From NCBI RefSeq assembly GCF_037042905.1, contig NC_087251.1, forward strand, positions 35,218,001 to 35,282,000: a DNA stretch of 64,000 nucleotides, in the 5' to 3' direction. The notes below the pieces were generated by a model that had not been told where the DNA came from, ran no database searches, and saw only the letters and a program-made list of their open reading frames with translations. Every line of letters starts with the position of its first letter. The first letter of the stretch is position 1. Shown here piece after piece: positions 36,566-50,728 of this stretch. The DNA is from Lytechinus pictus. Taxonomy: Eukaryota. The translations under genes were made by a program, and so were the position numbers.

Positions 36566-38362
36566 TAGGTTATTTGCGCCTGTTTATGTGATCGATCACG
36601 CCTCTCCAACCATTGTCTTACTAGTATGTTACTCGTTCTAGTCGCTCGGATCCTTTCTTACTAGCTTTCTCCATTGGGTCAGCAGAAATAAAAATCTGAT
36701 GCAAATCCATGTTCTTTCATTATAAATAATGTTTATTAATGCATTCTACATTTCATTTTCTGCGGGAATTTGTTTAGCTGCTCCGATTTTCCATATGACT
36801 CATTTTACATCTTCTTTTGTTCTCTTCTAATTGAACATGATTTTTAAGTAGCACATGGTAAATATTTGTTCTCTTTTGATTCTCATTTGATTTTGCTCGA
36901 ATCTGATTCATCTGTAGCACTGTGATTCTTTTTTTAAGCAGTTTGATAGTGATGGGCTAGTGTAGTATGTTAGCATTTGTTAAACATTCTGGAAAGAACA
37001 TGTATACGATATTCCCACTTCTTTATTGAATTACAACATGTTTCTTTTCATGTAAATTTTTTTTTTCTAAATCAGAAAATACAATCACTTCATACGGTGT
37101 AGTACTCAAATACATATCATACAGTTCCGTTGGTAGAATGGTAGTCTCGTCATTCAGCCACCTATGTTTGAAGCAATCCGTGGCCCTTTGACCAGACATC
37201 GATCCTCATTAGCAGGGGAGGGGCATAGTGGTCTGGTTGTTTACCTATTCATTTTCAAATAAAAACCTTATGAATCACTAATAGATACCCCAAAAGTATT
37301 GAAGTTTGTGATCTTTTCTAGTGTATAAGAGGACACTGAAAATGTGGTTTCTGATAAGACTTAATAAATTTACTCATCGCTATGAAGTTGAGAAAGTAGA
37401 AAGAATCGAATTTTGAATATTATAATATCTTTGGGATATTTCCCTTTCAGAAACGGGATAATGAATGTAGGAGACCCGGAATATGATTGTACATATTTAC
37501 AACTTCTTATGCTGCATCATTAATTCTACTTACCAATTATTTCTTTCAAGGATTATAAGAATTAAATTTCAGGCATTGAGTGTATTTTTGTGTGATAAAT
37601 GATGACAGACCTGTGAAAGCTTTCCAGATAGGAAAGGGCGATAAGATTTAAAAAAAAAATTAATAATGATGATTTTTCTGTATCAGGTCTCTTCTGTGTT
37701 TGTATATATAGATGAAGGTTATAATGATATTTGTATGAAATCAGCACGTTCGCATGATCCAAAATTTATATCGATTCGCTCACATTTATATTTATATCCT
37801 AAAGGTATTTGAAACGCTTCTGTATAGGCATATAACATGTTAAAGGTCTATATAACATTTACATTTACATATGGAATCAAAGCAGTATAGAAGTGCATAT
37901 TTCGATACTTTGTGATTGATAGAATACTTTCAAAGAAGAATGCAACAGTATTGTTTACGTTGGTCGTTCAATTGATTTTAAGGATGATTCAGTTTTGATA
38001 CCGTTTATTGAAAGATTTGCCTTAATAGGGTTATCTTTTTTCCCAGAATTTTTTTTATCGGTATAAAACATATTACATATCTCACTAAAATGATGATGCG
38101 GTTGCGATTATTGAGCTGAGAATTTTGCAGATCTAGACCTGAAAAATTGACAAATTTCAAACTATTTGTGATATAATAAACAGAAAGCGTCCTTAAGAAA
38201 TAGAGCTAATCCACAGGGCCTATGATCCAGATCACAAACATCGGATCAAATGTCAAATTTCACACTATTCAAGTGGAATCTCCAAGTAAACATGAGGTTG
38301 TTTTGGAGCTAGAAGCAGCATCCAAGTGTGTAGTGGTAGAAACGAAACCGTGTAAGCTCTAA

Positions 38363-38578
38363 CGGTTCCATGACATTTTCCCCGGCGACAATTGCTCCGC
38401 TCTAAATATCACACACTAATCGAATCACAAACTTCAACCCTGGCTTTTACACTATACCCTATCCGAAACCAAACCATGGACCTAACATAAAACCCTGTTG
38501 CAACCCTAAGCTTAATCCTACATCTTGGACGAAATTAGGTCCGGAGCATTTGTCGCAGGAGCAAATGTCGTGTCACCG
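38363..38578 (+). mobile_element. Second copy of the (AACCCT)n-core element
   Basis: Homologous to 3363-3579; ends ggagcaaatgtcgtgtcacc. Confidence 0.55.
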
Positions 38579-39383
38579 TCCTGGCAAATAGGCTTAAATT
38601 ATATGTTCAGCGTGAAGATGATGAATCAGAAAAAAATTCCCATCAGCAGCTGTTGTCTTATCGCAAGTACGAACATTCAATCATCGAATTATTGATATAG
38701 AGTTATTCTCCCCGCATATTTCGGTGCCATTTTCGTATAGACCTTTACATGCATGACCGACTACGAGACAATCTCCGGTTGATGGTTAAATCTAAGTGTC
38801 AATTAATGGTAGGTGAAGAGTAAAACTGTGAAAAAACGTATATATTACACGCATACACACACACCCTCACCCTCTTTTGCACGAACACACCCACCTTCCT
38901 TACCACGCAGAGTCACTAACGACGATCTCGGGGCACATCAACTCCTTGATTTCAGCATCATCACTCGATCTATTGCAGGCGGTCAGTGGCAATCCTTTGC
39001 CTGTGCACTGGGTGCCCACTAAAGGTGTCCGAACCGGCCATTTTATTGATTCCACATCAGGCAAGCCATTTTGATGGCAGTTCTTATGGACAGTTGCCCA
39101 GTGTTGACCAAGGAAAGGCATAGCCAATGAGATAAGGAGGAATGAGGAAATGGAAACACAGTTTTACAATGTGTTTAGGAAGCGTGTGTCTGTGTGTGCG
39201 TGCGTTTGGTGTGGCTGTGTGTGTGAGTGTGTGTGTGGGAGAGGTGATATGTTATGTGGCCGTGGGTGTGTGTATGATTGGAAGGACGGGTAGGTGCCAT
39301 TTTGCGTGCAAACAAGTTAGAATTTCTTTGACACTTCATCCAGCAACTTGGCGCAAATGAATTTACGACCTTCTATAATCTAG

Positions 39384-41652
39384 TAGATATGTGAAAAAGA
39401 TGCTGGAATCTGGCAGAAAGTGTGAAATTTGGCATACAGGGGTATTTTTGGGCGCTGATTTCAAAAATTGCCGGCCCCAAGCGATTTGACTATCGGGTCG
39501 GCCGCCATTTTGGAATCCAAGATGGCCGCCATGAAAAATCATTAAATGTCATTTTCTTGAGTTTTACATGGCATGTGACACTGAAATTTGGCATACAGGG
39601 GTATTTTGAGGCACTGATTTCAAATATTGCCGGTCCCCAGCAATTTGACCATTTGGTCGGCGGCAAAATGGCCGCCATAATATATTATTGCAATCATTTT
39701 CTCGAGTTTTATATGAACTGCGGTATTGAAATTTGGCATATAGGCATATATTTAGGCATTGATTATTGTCAGGCCCCTGTTTGGCTCGAATGAATATCTT
39801 TGGCCCGTATAACCCTGACTCAGGGGATCAGATCGCTGAGGGCCAGCAATATTTGAAATAAGCTCCCCACACTACTTCTATATGTCAAAGTGCAATATAC
39901 CGCAGATCATATAAAACTCAACGAAATAATTGTAATATTTCTATGGCAGCCAGCTTTGAATTCAAGGGGGGTGTTGCAAGAAAATATTTGCGATCAATTG
40001 CAAATATTCTGTTGCAATTTTACAACTGACAGATCAGCGTTAGCTGTAGCAAATTAGATTAAACTTCTTGTTTCAAGGAACAGATTAGCAATCAATCACT
40101 AATTTGCAATTAACTGCAACACATATGATTGATTTAGGGACCAAAAATAGACTTGCAATTGATCGCAAGTTTCCTGCAACACCCCAAATACGGCCATTTT
40201 TACGCCGACCAATTGTCAGATTGCTTGGAACCAGCAATTTTTTTAATGAACTCACCCAGATACCGATATACTACAAATTTTAGTGGCACATATTATGTAA
40301 AATTCAAGAAAAGGAGTTCAATGATTTTTCATGGTGGCCATCTTGGATTTCAAATGGCGGCTGACCCGACGGTCAAATTGCTTGAGGCCGGCAATATTTG
40401 AAATCAGCGCCCCAAATGAGGCCTATATGCCAAATTTCAATACCACAGTTCATATAAAACTCGAGAAAATTATTGCAATATTATATCATGGCGGCCATCT
40501 CGGATTTCAAGATGGCGGCCATTTTGCCGCCGACCAAATGGTCAAATTGCTGGGGGCTGGCAATATTTGAAATAAGTGCCTAAAAATACCCCATCATACC
40601 AAGTTTTTTCAGTGTCACATGTTATGTAAAACTCAAGAAAATGACGTTAATGATTTCTCATGGTGGCCATCGTGGATTTCAAAATGGCGGCCGACCCGAT
40701 GGTCAAATCACTTGGGGCCGGCAATATTTGAAATCAGCACCCCAAATTAAGCCTATATGCCAAATTTCAATACCGCAGTTCACATAAAACTCGAGTTAAT
40801 GATTGCAATAATATATCATGGCGGCCATCTTGGATTTCGAAATGGCGGCCATTTAGCCACCGACCAAGTGGTCAAATTGCTGGGGGCCAGGAATATTTGA
40901 AATCAGTACCTAGAAATACCCCAACATACCAAGTTTTTTCAGTGTCACATGTTATATAAAACTCAAGAAAATGACGTTAATGATTTCTCATGGTGGCCAT
41001 CGTGGATTTCAAAATGGCGGCCGACCCGATGGTCAAATCACTTGGGGCCGGCAATATTTGAAATCAGCACCCCAAATTAAGCCTATATGCCAAATTTCAA
41101 TACCGCAGTTCACATAAAACTCGAGTTAATGATTGCAATAATATATCATGGCGGCCATCTTGGATTTCGAAATGGCGGCCATTTAGCCACCGACCAAGTG
41201 GTCAAATTGCTGGGGGCCAGGAATATTTGAAATCAGTACCTAGAAATACCCCAACATACCAAATTTCAGTGTCACACGTCATGTAAAACTCAAGAAAACG
41301 ACATTAATGATTTCTCATGGCGGCCATCTTGGATTTCAAAATGGCGGCCAACCCGATGGTCAAATCACTTGAGGTCGGCAATATTTGAAATCAGTGCCTC
41401 AAAATACCCCTATATGCCAAATTTCAGTGTCACATGCCATGTAAAACTCAAGAAAATGACATTTACTTATTTTTCATGGCGGCCATCTTGAATTTCAAAA
41501 TGGCGGCCATTTAGCCACCGACCAAGTGGTCAAATTGCTGGGCCCAGGAAAATTTGAAATCAGCGCCCAAAAATACCACTGTATGCCAAATTTCACACTT
41601 TCTGCCAGATCCGAGCATCTTGGCCATTTTTTGTCACATAACCGCTCCACTA
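39384..41652. mobile_element. Foldback-type non-autonomous DNA transposon (Academ-like) built of tandem GCCATCTTGG/CCAAATTTC units
   Basis: Termini TAG...CTA with CTAG on both flanks (39380-39383, 41653-41656); long inverted arms (aagatgct..atctggcagaaagtgtgaaatttggcataca); near-identical 330-bp tandem units at about 40600-41260; nested MITE at 39966-40185. Confidence 0.75.
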
Positions 41653-42709
41653 CTAGTGGAGATTGTCCCGTGGTCGGTCATGCATGCAAAGAACAATGTA
41701 AAAATGGGAACCAAACTATGCAGGGAGAATGACTCTGTCAAGACGTTAATAAATCAATAATTAGATGTTCATACTTTAGACAAGGTAACTTTACGCTGAT
41801 GGGAGATTTTTTCTGACTCGGTCTGTAGATCCATGATAATACTGAACTTCAGTTGCACAAGTCTTAAATAATTGTCCGAAAACACCACCAATCCGGGCCA
41901 CCTATTCCTCAAGAATTTGGCTTTGATTTTCTTCAGTCAGTCTGAAGGATTTAAGCCCCTTCTGGCGGGATAAGCATCAGCCATTCCATTCATCGTTTTT
42001 ATTTGGCAATAGGTCATGATTAACTATTTTTGCCACATCCTATATGTAAAGTAGGACAACAGTTTTCTTCATTTTTTAAATTATTTTTTTGATGAAATAC
42101 TATTCTAATCAACATTTAAAATAATGAGAGGAAAAAAATAAACACCAACAATAAGCTTCCAAGCGAAACAAAACACTGATGAATAGGAGCCTATGATATC
42201 AGCAAACTATACTGAGGGGGAGTACTTCCCGAATACGATAAAGGTTGTTGATCGATGATCTATGAAAATGAGAATAAAGAACATCTCCACTAACAAAGGG
42301 GATAAAATTTCAGATACTGAAGTTCTTAGATACTTAAAATTCTCAGTGTACCATGCATTACTTATCTGTATTGATACTAGATTTGTGATATAAACCGCGT
42401 AATTTTCAAGATAAGTTACATAGTACAAATAATTTCAGTGAGATATATTTCCTTTTCATCAATCTTTTGTGCGAAACGCTGAATGCCGGGCACTTGGAAA
42501 CATGCAAACCTTCCGATGACGTGCAGGTATGTCATGAAATAATGGGCCTTTCTGGGAGATAAATGAAGCGCAAAAAGAAATACCTAACGCTTCTGCACTG
42601 ATTCAAACGTATTTTTTCACGCTCTATAAGACTGTAAACATCATCTCGGAGTCTTGTTACTTCATTTTGGTCGATTTTAGTGCAATTTTTTCCTCGTGTT
42701 CTACTTGCA

Positions 42710-42832
42710 ATGGCTCAAGGCTTGTCTAAGAAAGAGAAGATCCAATTGTGGTGGAGACTTACGAGGAACTATGTCGTCATTGCTTTGGTTTTATTAATAT
42801 TATGCCCGATACCAGTAGTTATGAACACCCAG
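42710..42832 (+). CDS. SLC13A5-like: Gene B exon 1 ([16 protein letters not shown]...PVVMNTQ)
   Basis: ATG at 42710; CAG|gtatgt. Confidence 0.85.
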
Positions 42833-45800
42833 GTATGTATAACACTTTACTCAAGCAGTTCATTGAATGAGAGCCTGTCACGAAGTACTGTTTGTTGTAA
42901 ACTATACTTTATTGCTAATTAATTTCGATTGGTCAATAATTTTCAAAGAGGAAATCACACTTTGACATGAAGGATTATTTCATTCCATGATGGTTTTTTT
43001 GTATATTGTCTTCGTATTCACAGTAGGCCTAACTTATTCTTAATGGAAAGGGTTGCTTATAATCAGATGTGTTTCGTAGCCTAACGTATATGGGTTAAAA
43101 CACTCTGTCTTTAAAAGGTGTGATCCAACTGATCATAAAGTGCGTTCAAATGGTTTAAAGGCAAAAGTAAGTGGTCGAAATTTATCTAGTATTTTTTCTT
43201 ATGAGAAATAGATAATAACAACAATGATACTAATGACGATGATACTGCGCATGATAGTAATTCATGCTTAATAGCTTGCCTTCCAGTTGGCTCTGCATAA
43301 TGTGCCGAACACGTTGGCTAGAATGGGAATGGCTCGTCCTAGGATCGAACCCCCAACCTCCCGTTCATGAGACGGGCGCTCTACCACTAAGCCACTATGC
43401 CCTAACTACCAGCTACTAACTACCCCCGAATCTTTAACCGTGATCCCTCAGATTTTGACCATCTTTTGTTAATAGATGGGATACGTGGCCTTCACCATAT
43501 TCTTGATGGGGACCTTCTGGGTGACGGAGGTGATACCTTTACCAGTCACGGCACTCATCCCGATAGTTCTCTTCCCTCTCTTTGGTGTCCGGGACACCCC
43601 CACCGTGATCGAGCAATACTTCAATGATGTCACTTACCTGCTCTTTGGGGGTCTGATCCTCGCTGCCGCCATCGAACATCAGAACCTTCATCGTCGCTTC
43701 GCTCTTCGGGTATTGCTCCTGTTCGGAGCGGATCCAAAGAAGTAAGGACTGGTTCTATCTTGGTAGCTAGAGCCTGAGAAAATTGTGGTTTGATGGATTT
43801 GATGGCCTCGGGATTAATGAATGTCATTTCTTAGAGGTTAAGGCTATCATGAAAACATCAAAAAATTATTGGGAATGATCTTATTCTTTTTCTTTTCCCA
43901 TTTTCCTTCTTAGTATTTTCTCTATCATTACAATCATCATCAATAAAAACTTCACCATCCTCATCATGATCATCATCACCTCCACATCATCATCATCATC
44001 CTCACCATCATTATCAGTCATCACCAGTAGCGTACCGTGACTCGGAGGAGACAAAGCATTGGGGGGGCAAAGCATTGTTCACAGACAATGCACTGCCCCC
44101 CCCCCAATGCTTTGTCTCCTGCGGTTCACGGTACGCTACTGGTCATCACCATTACACTAATCGAATGGCCAACTTCAATTCTTCGTTTAAAACTTTGCCC
44201 TACTAGTTGAGTCGGAAATGGGGGTTCACGTGCACCATCATGATATAGTTTTAACCAACTGTCTTCATGTTCCCTTTACCAAATCGTGTCCCATGGGGTT
44301 TAAAATTGGCAAATTTGGCGGCCATCTGGGATTTTTCATGAAAATCGATTATTTCCATAATTTTTTTCCACAGACAATGGGAAAATCTTGAATGAATACG
44401 CTTTTCACTATGATTTAGATAGTAGAATTCGATTGCAATAGTTTTCTGGACAGGACCGGTTAATATATTTTTTTTGAAAAAATTGAATTTATTCCAAAAC
44501 TTTAATGTTTTTGGTAAAAAAAATTGCATGTGCATTGATATCTTTGTATTTGGTCATAAACATCAACAAGTAATACAAGATATCAGCATTCGACACAAAA
44601 GAGGATATGTTAACGAGAATATTGATATGCTTCATGACAGTATTAATGTCTTAAGTAATATAAAGGGCAAATACTTCCAAATGTATTACTCGATATTGCG
44701 ATAAAATGACACTAAAAAACAACATTCGTGCCCTTGTCACCCTAATAATTGCCACCTTTCGCAATCCTCACGGACGCTAATATTAGGGTCCCCTAACAAA
44801 AAAGTTAACGCTTAATCATACACTTGATTTTTATGATTGATTGTACATTATAGTCATAAGAATCAAACGTAGAGAACTGCTCTACAATCAATGCTAAGCT
44901 TTGTGTTAAGCCCCTTTCACAATTGACGTACGACCTGTTTACGACCACCTGCAACAGTTTTTTCTTGTTGTTGCACGATCGATCTCTTGGTGTCTTGCGA
45001 GCACTCGCAGTCGTTGTAGACGATCGCACAAACTCGAGGTGGTCGGAGGTGATCGTGACTGGTCGCATCTGAACTTTGAACATGTTCAAAATCCAAACGC
45101 GATCAAATACGATTGATTCACTCGCAACAGGTCGTACCATCGGTCGGGCGATCATCGTGTGAGTGTTGTTCAACGTTGTACGACTTGGTGCGAGAGGTGG
45201 CACAACTAAGTATAGTCGCATTTAGTCGAGTGGAGGTCGTACAACACTTGCACAAGTGCTGGAGACCTACAGAGACCAGTCTTGCGACTGGGTGCGATAA
45301 TATGAGACTGTTGCAAGACCGATCGAAATTACGGCTTACTACATTCCACTACCGTTGCATTCGCATGTATGCGACCGTTCAGCCCCTTTCACAATTGACG
45401 TCCGACCAGTTTACGACCGCCTGCAACAGTTTTTTCTTGTTGTTGCACGAATGATCTCTTGGTGTCTTGCGAGCACTCGCAGTCGTTGTAGACGGTCGAA
45501 AGAACTCGAGGTGGTCGTGACTGGTCACATCTGAACTTTGAACATGTTCAAAATCCGAACGCGATCAAATACGATCGATTCACTCGCATCAGGCCGTACC
45601 CGGGTCGTACCATCGGTCGGGCGATCATCGTGCGAGTGTTGTTCAACGTTGTACGACTTGGTGCGAGAGGTGGTACAACTAAGTAGTCGCATTTACTTGA
45701 CTGGAGGTCGTGCAACACTTGCACATGTGCAAGCGACCTACATGTACAGAGACCTGTCTTGCGACTGGTTGCGATAATAATATGGGCTATAAGACTGTTG

Positions 45801-48800
45801 CAAGACCGATCGCAACGGCTTACAACATTGCACTACCGTTTCATTCGCATGTATGCGACCGTTCCACTCGCAATCCCTCGTGCAACACTCGCATGTGATC
45901 GCACGAGCACAATAAGAGCATATGCGACTTACTCGTGCAACGAGGTTTACTGGTTGTTTTTGTTGTACGACAGCTGTTGCAACTGTGAAAGCCTCTGTGC
46001 GATCTTATGAGATGACTAGCGATTGATGCCTGTTGCAGCCTGTCGCACGACCAAAAGGTCGCAAATAGTCGTACGTCAATTGTGAAAGGGGCTTTACAGG
46101 GGGTTACAGGCCCTACAGATCTGCTTTTCGATCGTGTGCAAAATTCTTTCTCGCGACACCCGCACCATACATGCATGTATATTACTACTGATGGCTGGAG
46201 ATATTCGAAATGCAGGACCTAAAATAAACTCCTCAAAAAAGTTTGGAAATCTGATTTTGATCGATAATCCCTCCTTGGTTTTATTAAAAATCAATGTGTA
46301 CTTAATATCAATAAATATAACATTTAATTTTCTTTAAAATGATACCCTACATGATATGATTATGGTTCACATGGAGGTGCAGTGCCTTGAAATATGGGGC
46401 AAGGTCAAATTTCAAAAGTTGCAAAATGACACAAAATCGAAAGTCACTGTTCTTTTTTCCGTGGTGATGAGTGAGTTTCTCAGCGGTTTCTTTTTACTTT
46501 GATCGACAATTCCTCATCGGTTTTAGTAAATATAAATGTGTAATTAATATCAATGAATAGATCATGTAATTTTCTTTAAATTGATACCCTACATGATATG
46601 ATTATGGTTCACATGGAGGTGCAGTGCCTTGAAATGTGGGGCAAGGTCAAAAATTCAAAAGTTGCAAAATGACACAATATTAAAAGTCACTGTTCTTTTT
46701 TCCTTGGTGATGAGTGAGTTTCTCAGCGGTTTCTTTTAATTGTTTTTATGCACCTTAACATCAATATTAGCATGGAATCAAACACACCTCTGCACAAGCA
46801 AACACATAACAAACAAACAAACATGCATGAGTATTTCAAACCATGACTCAAACCATGTTATCTCACAGAACCATTACTACAGAAGCAGGGGCTTGATTTG
46901 AATGGATTTTCATCTCTTTGACACACAAAAGAATCGTGTTCTGTATTGACCCTTCATGACCCTTTCTGCTCATTTTGCAGCTTTTCAATTCAGACCTCAT
47001 CCAACACTTCTGAATTCTGCTCCTTTCGTGATGGCATTATCATAACAAGCATGGTATCATTTTAAAGAGAATGTAAATATTTTTTGAATGATATCAAAGA
47101 TGCATTGTGTAAAATTGGGAGTTGGGAGAAATTAATGGCCAAACTCAGATTTCCAAACTTTTATGATCATTTTGCAGCTTTTCAATTCAGACCTCATCCA
47201 ACACTTCTGAATTCTGCTCCTTTCGTGATGGCATTATCATAACAAGCATGGTATCATTTTAAAGAGAATGTAAATATTTTTTGAATGATATCAAAGATGC
47301 ATTGTGTAAAATTGGGAGTTGGGAGAAATTAATGGCCAAACTCAGATTTCCAAACTTTTATGATCGTTTTGCAGCTTTTCAATTCAGACCTCATCCAACA
47401 CTTTTGAATCCTGCTCTTTTCGTGATGGTATGATCATAACAAGCATGGTATCATTTTAAAGAGAATTAAATGATCTTTTGAGTGATGTAAAATATGCATT
47501 GTGTAACATTGGGAGTTGGGAGAAATTAATGGCCAAACACAGATTTCCAAACTTTTTTTGAGGGGTTTTGATTATGACATGGATAAGAAAGTGGTTTTTC
47601 AAACAAATCGAGTACATATTGAGTGAGGAAAAAGTTACTGAATTAAGGCTTAGATATAGATCATTACAGTCCATCGAATCGATATTGCATTTAATGTGGA
47701 TTATTGATGGATCTCTGGCAATTGATCCCATGGGTCAAGTCACCTCTCCAGCCGAAACCATTTCGCATGCGTTGATTATGTACACAGCATGTATACGTGC
47801 GGGTTTTTTTTAAATTTTGTTTACTTCTACACAAACGATATGCCTCTAGCACACAATGTAATGGGCATTATGCTTTACTTTCCCCAGAAATGGGGATTAG
47901 ATTCGAATTCCCGGGGGTACCACTTCCATTGATGATTGGATACCAGGCACGACCATGCGGTTTCGAATAGCACCCTAAACAAGGGAAGCAAGGCTTTTCC
48001 AGATTATGAAAATGCATCTCTTAACAAGTATTTAGCTTGTGAAACCCTACAAGTATTGAAAACATATCCCCCTTTTTCAGTATTTTAAACATCGTTTTTG
48101 ACACCCTTATAACGTTACATAGGCCTATACGTAACGTACTTGCCCACTATTTCCATTTTTACGTGTGGTCGCGCCTGGTATCCACTCTTCAATGGAAGTG
48201 GGCCCCCCGGGCGGCCTCTCGAGCTCTGGGAGGAACCAAATGTGGCTTTGGAAAGTCGTCCTAAATCGGATATATCGCTGTTACCATAGTAGCAACCAGA
48301 ATTTTGCACACGAAACGCAAATTGAATGTTTCCGTTCCAGATGCGAAACGAAAAAAATCTCATGTCACACAATTTGCATTGCAGGACAGAGTTTTACGAC
48401 CATGACGACGGGCCCAAAAGTCTCTTCCAAAATCAACTACCGTCGCAAATAAGCGTTCGCGTTCTCCAACGAAAGGTCGGGAATACCGGCTACAACGCGA
48501 TCGCTGGCATTCCTTTGAAGAGAGTACAATAGACTAAATCGGTCGACTCGGCACGCCTTTGTTGGTTCTGACTTCTAAGTAAATGGAAATAAGAATGCCT
48601 TAGGTGAGATCTCGCAATTCTATGAGATTGTTTTCATAATCTTCATACGGATTTCAACTATTCATTTTTTTGATGTCCTAATTCAGGTTGTTGCTGGGTT
48701 TCATGAGTGGTACAGCCTTTTTGTCGTCATGGATGAGTAATACAGCCGTGACAGCCATGATGCTCCCCATTGCTCGAGCTGTGCTCGATGAGATCAGAAA

Positions 48801-50691
48801 GCAAGACAACGACGGCGAGCATGAGATGGAGTGCGACCTCGGAGAAAACGGAAAATACAAGGTGTGGCTTCAATATCAAAGTGTAGCAAAGATAATTTAT
48901 TAAACGATGTATGGGATAATGTGGTTATCCGATATGACCAGGGGGTTGGGCAGGGGTCCAATATTCGCTAGTGTATAAGCAATTGTCTTAGATCAGATTA
49001 TGCAAATTTTATATTTTACTCAATGAATAAAAAAATCCCTATATTTCCTCCATGAACAATATATAAACAACTTTTCTGTATAATTATGATTACATCAAGA
49101 TTTTCCATTTTACCAAATATATATGTCGGCTTTTTCGGCGTGTTCTATGCTTGTAACCGTTTTGTAAAAATGAACGGAATTTTAAATGTCATGAGATTTT
49201 CTTTTGATCCATGAAATGAAATGTTCAGTAATAATATGCTTTATTTAGTTACAAATATATTCAAATCAATATGTTATTGCGGCTGCCTTGCCATTAGACC
49301 TTGACGCGATAAAATGCGACTGAAAGCATTTATGCATGTCAGGAAGATCATTGTATAAAATGGAAATATAGGTCTATAAACCGGAACGAACAGTGTTATG
49401 GCTAAAACATCAGAATTAACATTTTCATTAGGGTCATTTTACGGTAACGATTTGATAAAGCTGTCAAATTGCAATAAGATATCAGTATATTTCATACTCC
49501 CAAATATATTTTCTCTCTCAAATCATGAATAATCGTCAACTGAAAAAAAACTAATAAAAACTTGTATTTTTTGACATTGACATTATTCAAAGCATTTTAT
49601 GCTATGAGATGATCAAGATCAAGGGAATTACGCGCATCCTAATGTAATAAGATTTTTAAAGTGTCATAATTATTTACAGTGGTGCTAGAAAGTTAGTAAA
49701 CCCAATCAGAAAATGCTTTCCTTCATGCTGATTGTTGAAATTAGACAACAACACTACAATGTCTGGTGAGCTCAGAGACACAAACTTTGTTGAATGTAAT
49801 ATTTTATCACCTGACCTAACAATAAAATATCTATAACATGGCATAACTTGAACACTTAAATGTGTACATTTTCTGGTGGAGTTCATTATTTTTTTAGCAG
49901 CGTTATCATTGATATTGACATTCGTCATCACCATTATTCCACAAACGTTATTGGTACAGATCTTTATCTGACCTAGTTGTAGTTATTGCTCCTAACGCCT
50001 CAATATTTGTCACGTGAGAGTCGTTCCCTCTCTGTAGGTCGTTTCTCCCTTCCCTCCTCTCTTATAATTTGGAATGATGCAGTGTTTTTCCCCTAGGTAA
50101 TTATGAATTCTTTAATGTTGCTGTATGACATTCATGTTACTTTTTGAATGTTTTATTGAGGATTGATGTATCTAAGCACACAATAAATGACATCTTGTGT
50201 TTTGATGCATTTCATTATTCGAAGGTACAACCTTTTAAACGAATTTCGATCTTCACGCCCCCCCCCCACCTTTCTTTATTATCGACTAGCCCAACAACCA
50301 AACTGTTTTGCCTCCTGAAAAACAAATAACAGGAAACAGAAACGGCCAAGAATTACAAAGGTGGGTGTCATCGTTATTATACATTCACACTTCCACTTTT
50401 AGCAATATCATAATTATACCTTTCTCATTTTATTATTTTTCTTTCCCTACTCACTTTACTTATTTTCCATAATTTGATTTGGCAATAAAAGATAAGTCTC
50501 TTTTATTGTAACGTAATCTGGTTTTCTTACCCCTGTCCTTCCGAGGCCTCCATAAATTTTAAACTCCCAGCTTAAAGATGGCGGTCTCCAATCTTTCTAA
50601 ATATTGATGATATTTACAGTAAATCTAAAAAATATTTATCCCCTTTGAACATATGTAATCACCTGTTTGCATAATTTATATATATTACATG

Positions 50692-50728
<37 letters not shown>

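Noticed and set aside
37120..37240. Possible very old SINE
   Set aside because: A/B boxes too degenerate to support a call.
38813..39360. Short ORFs in a GC-richer intergenic patch
   Set aside because: No recognisable homology or convincing splice context; flanked by CA/GT repeats. Could be regulatory, but that is unsupported.
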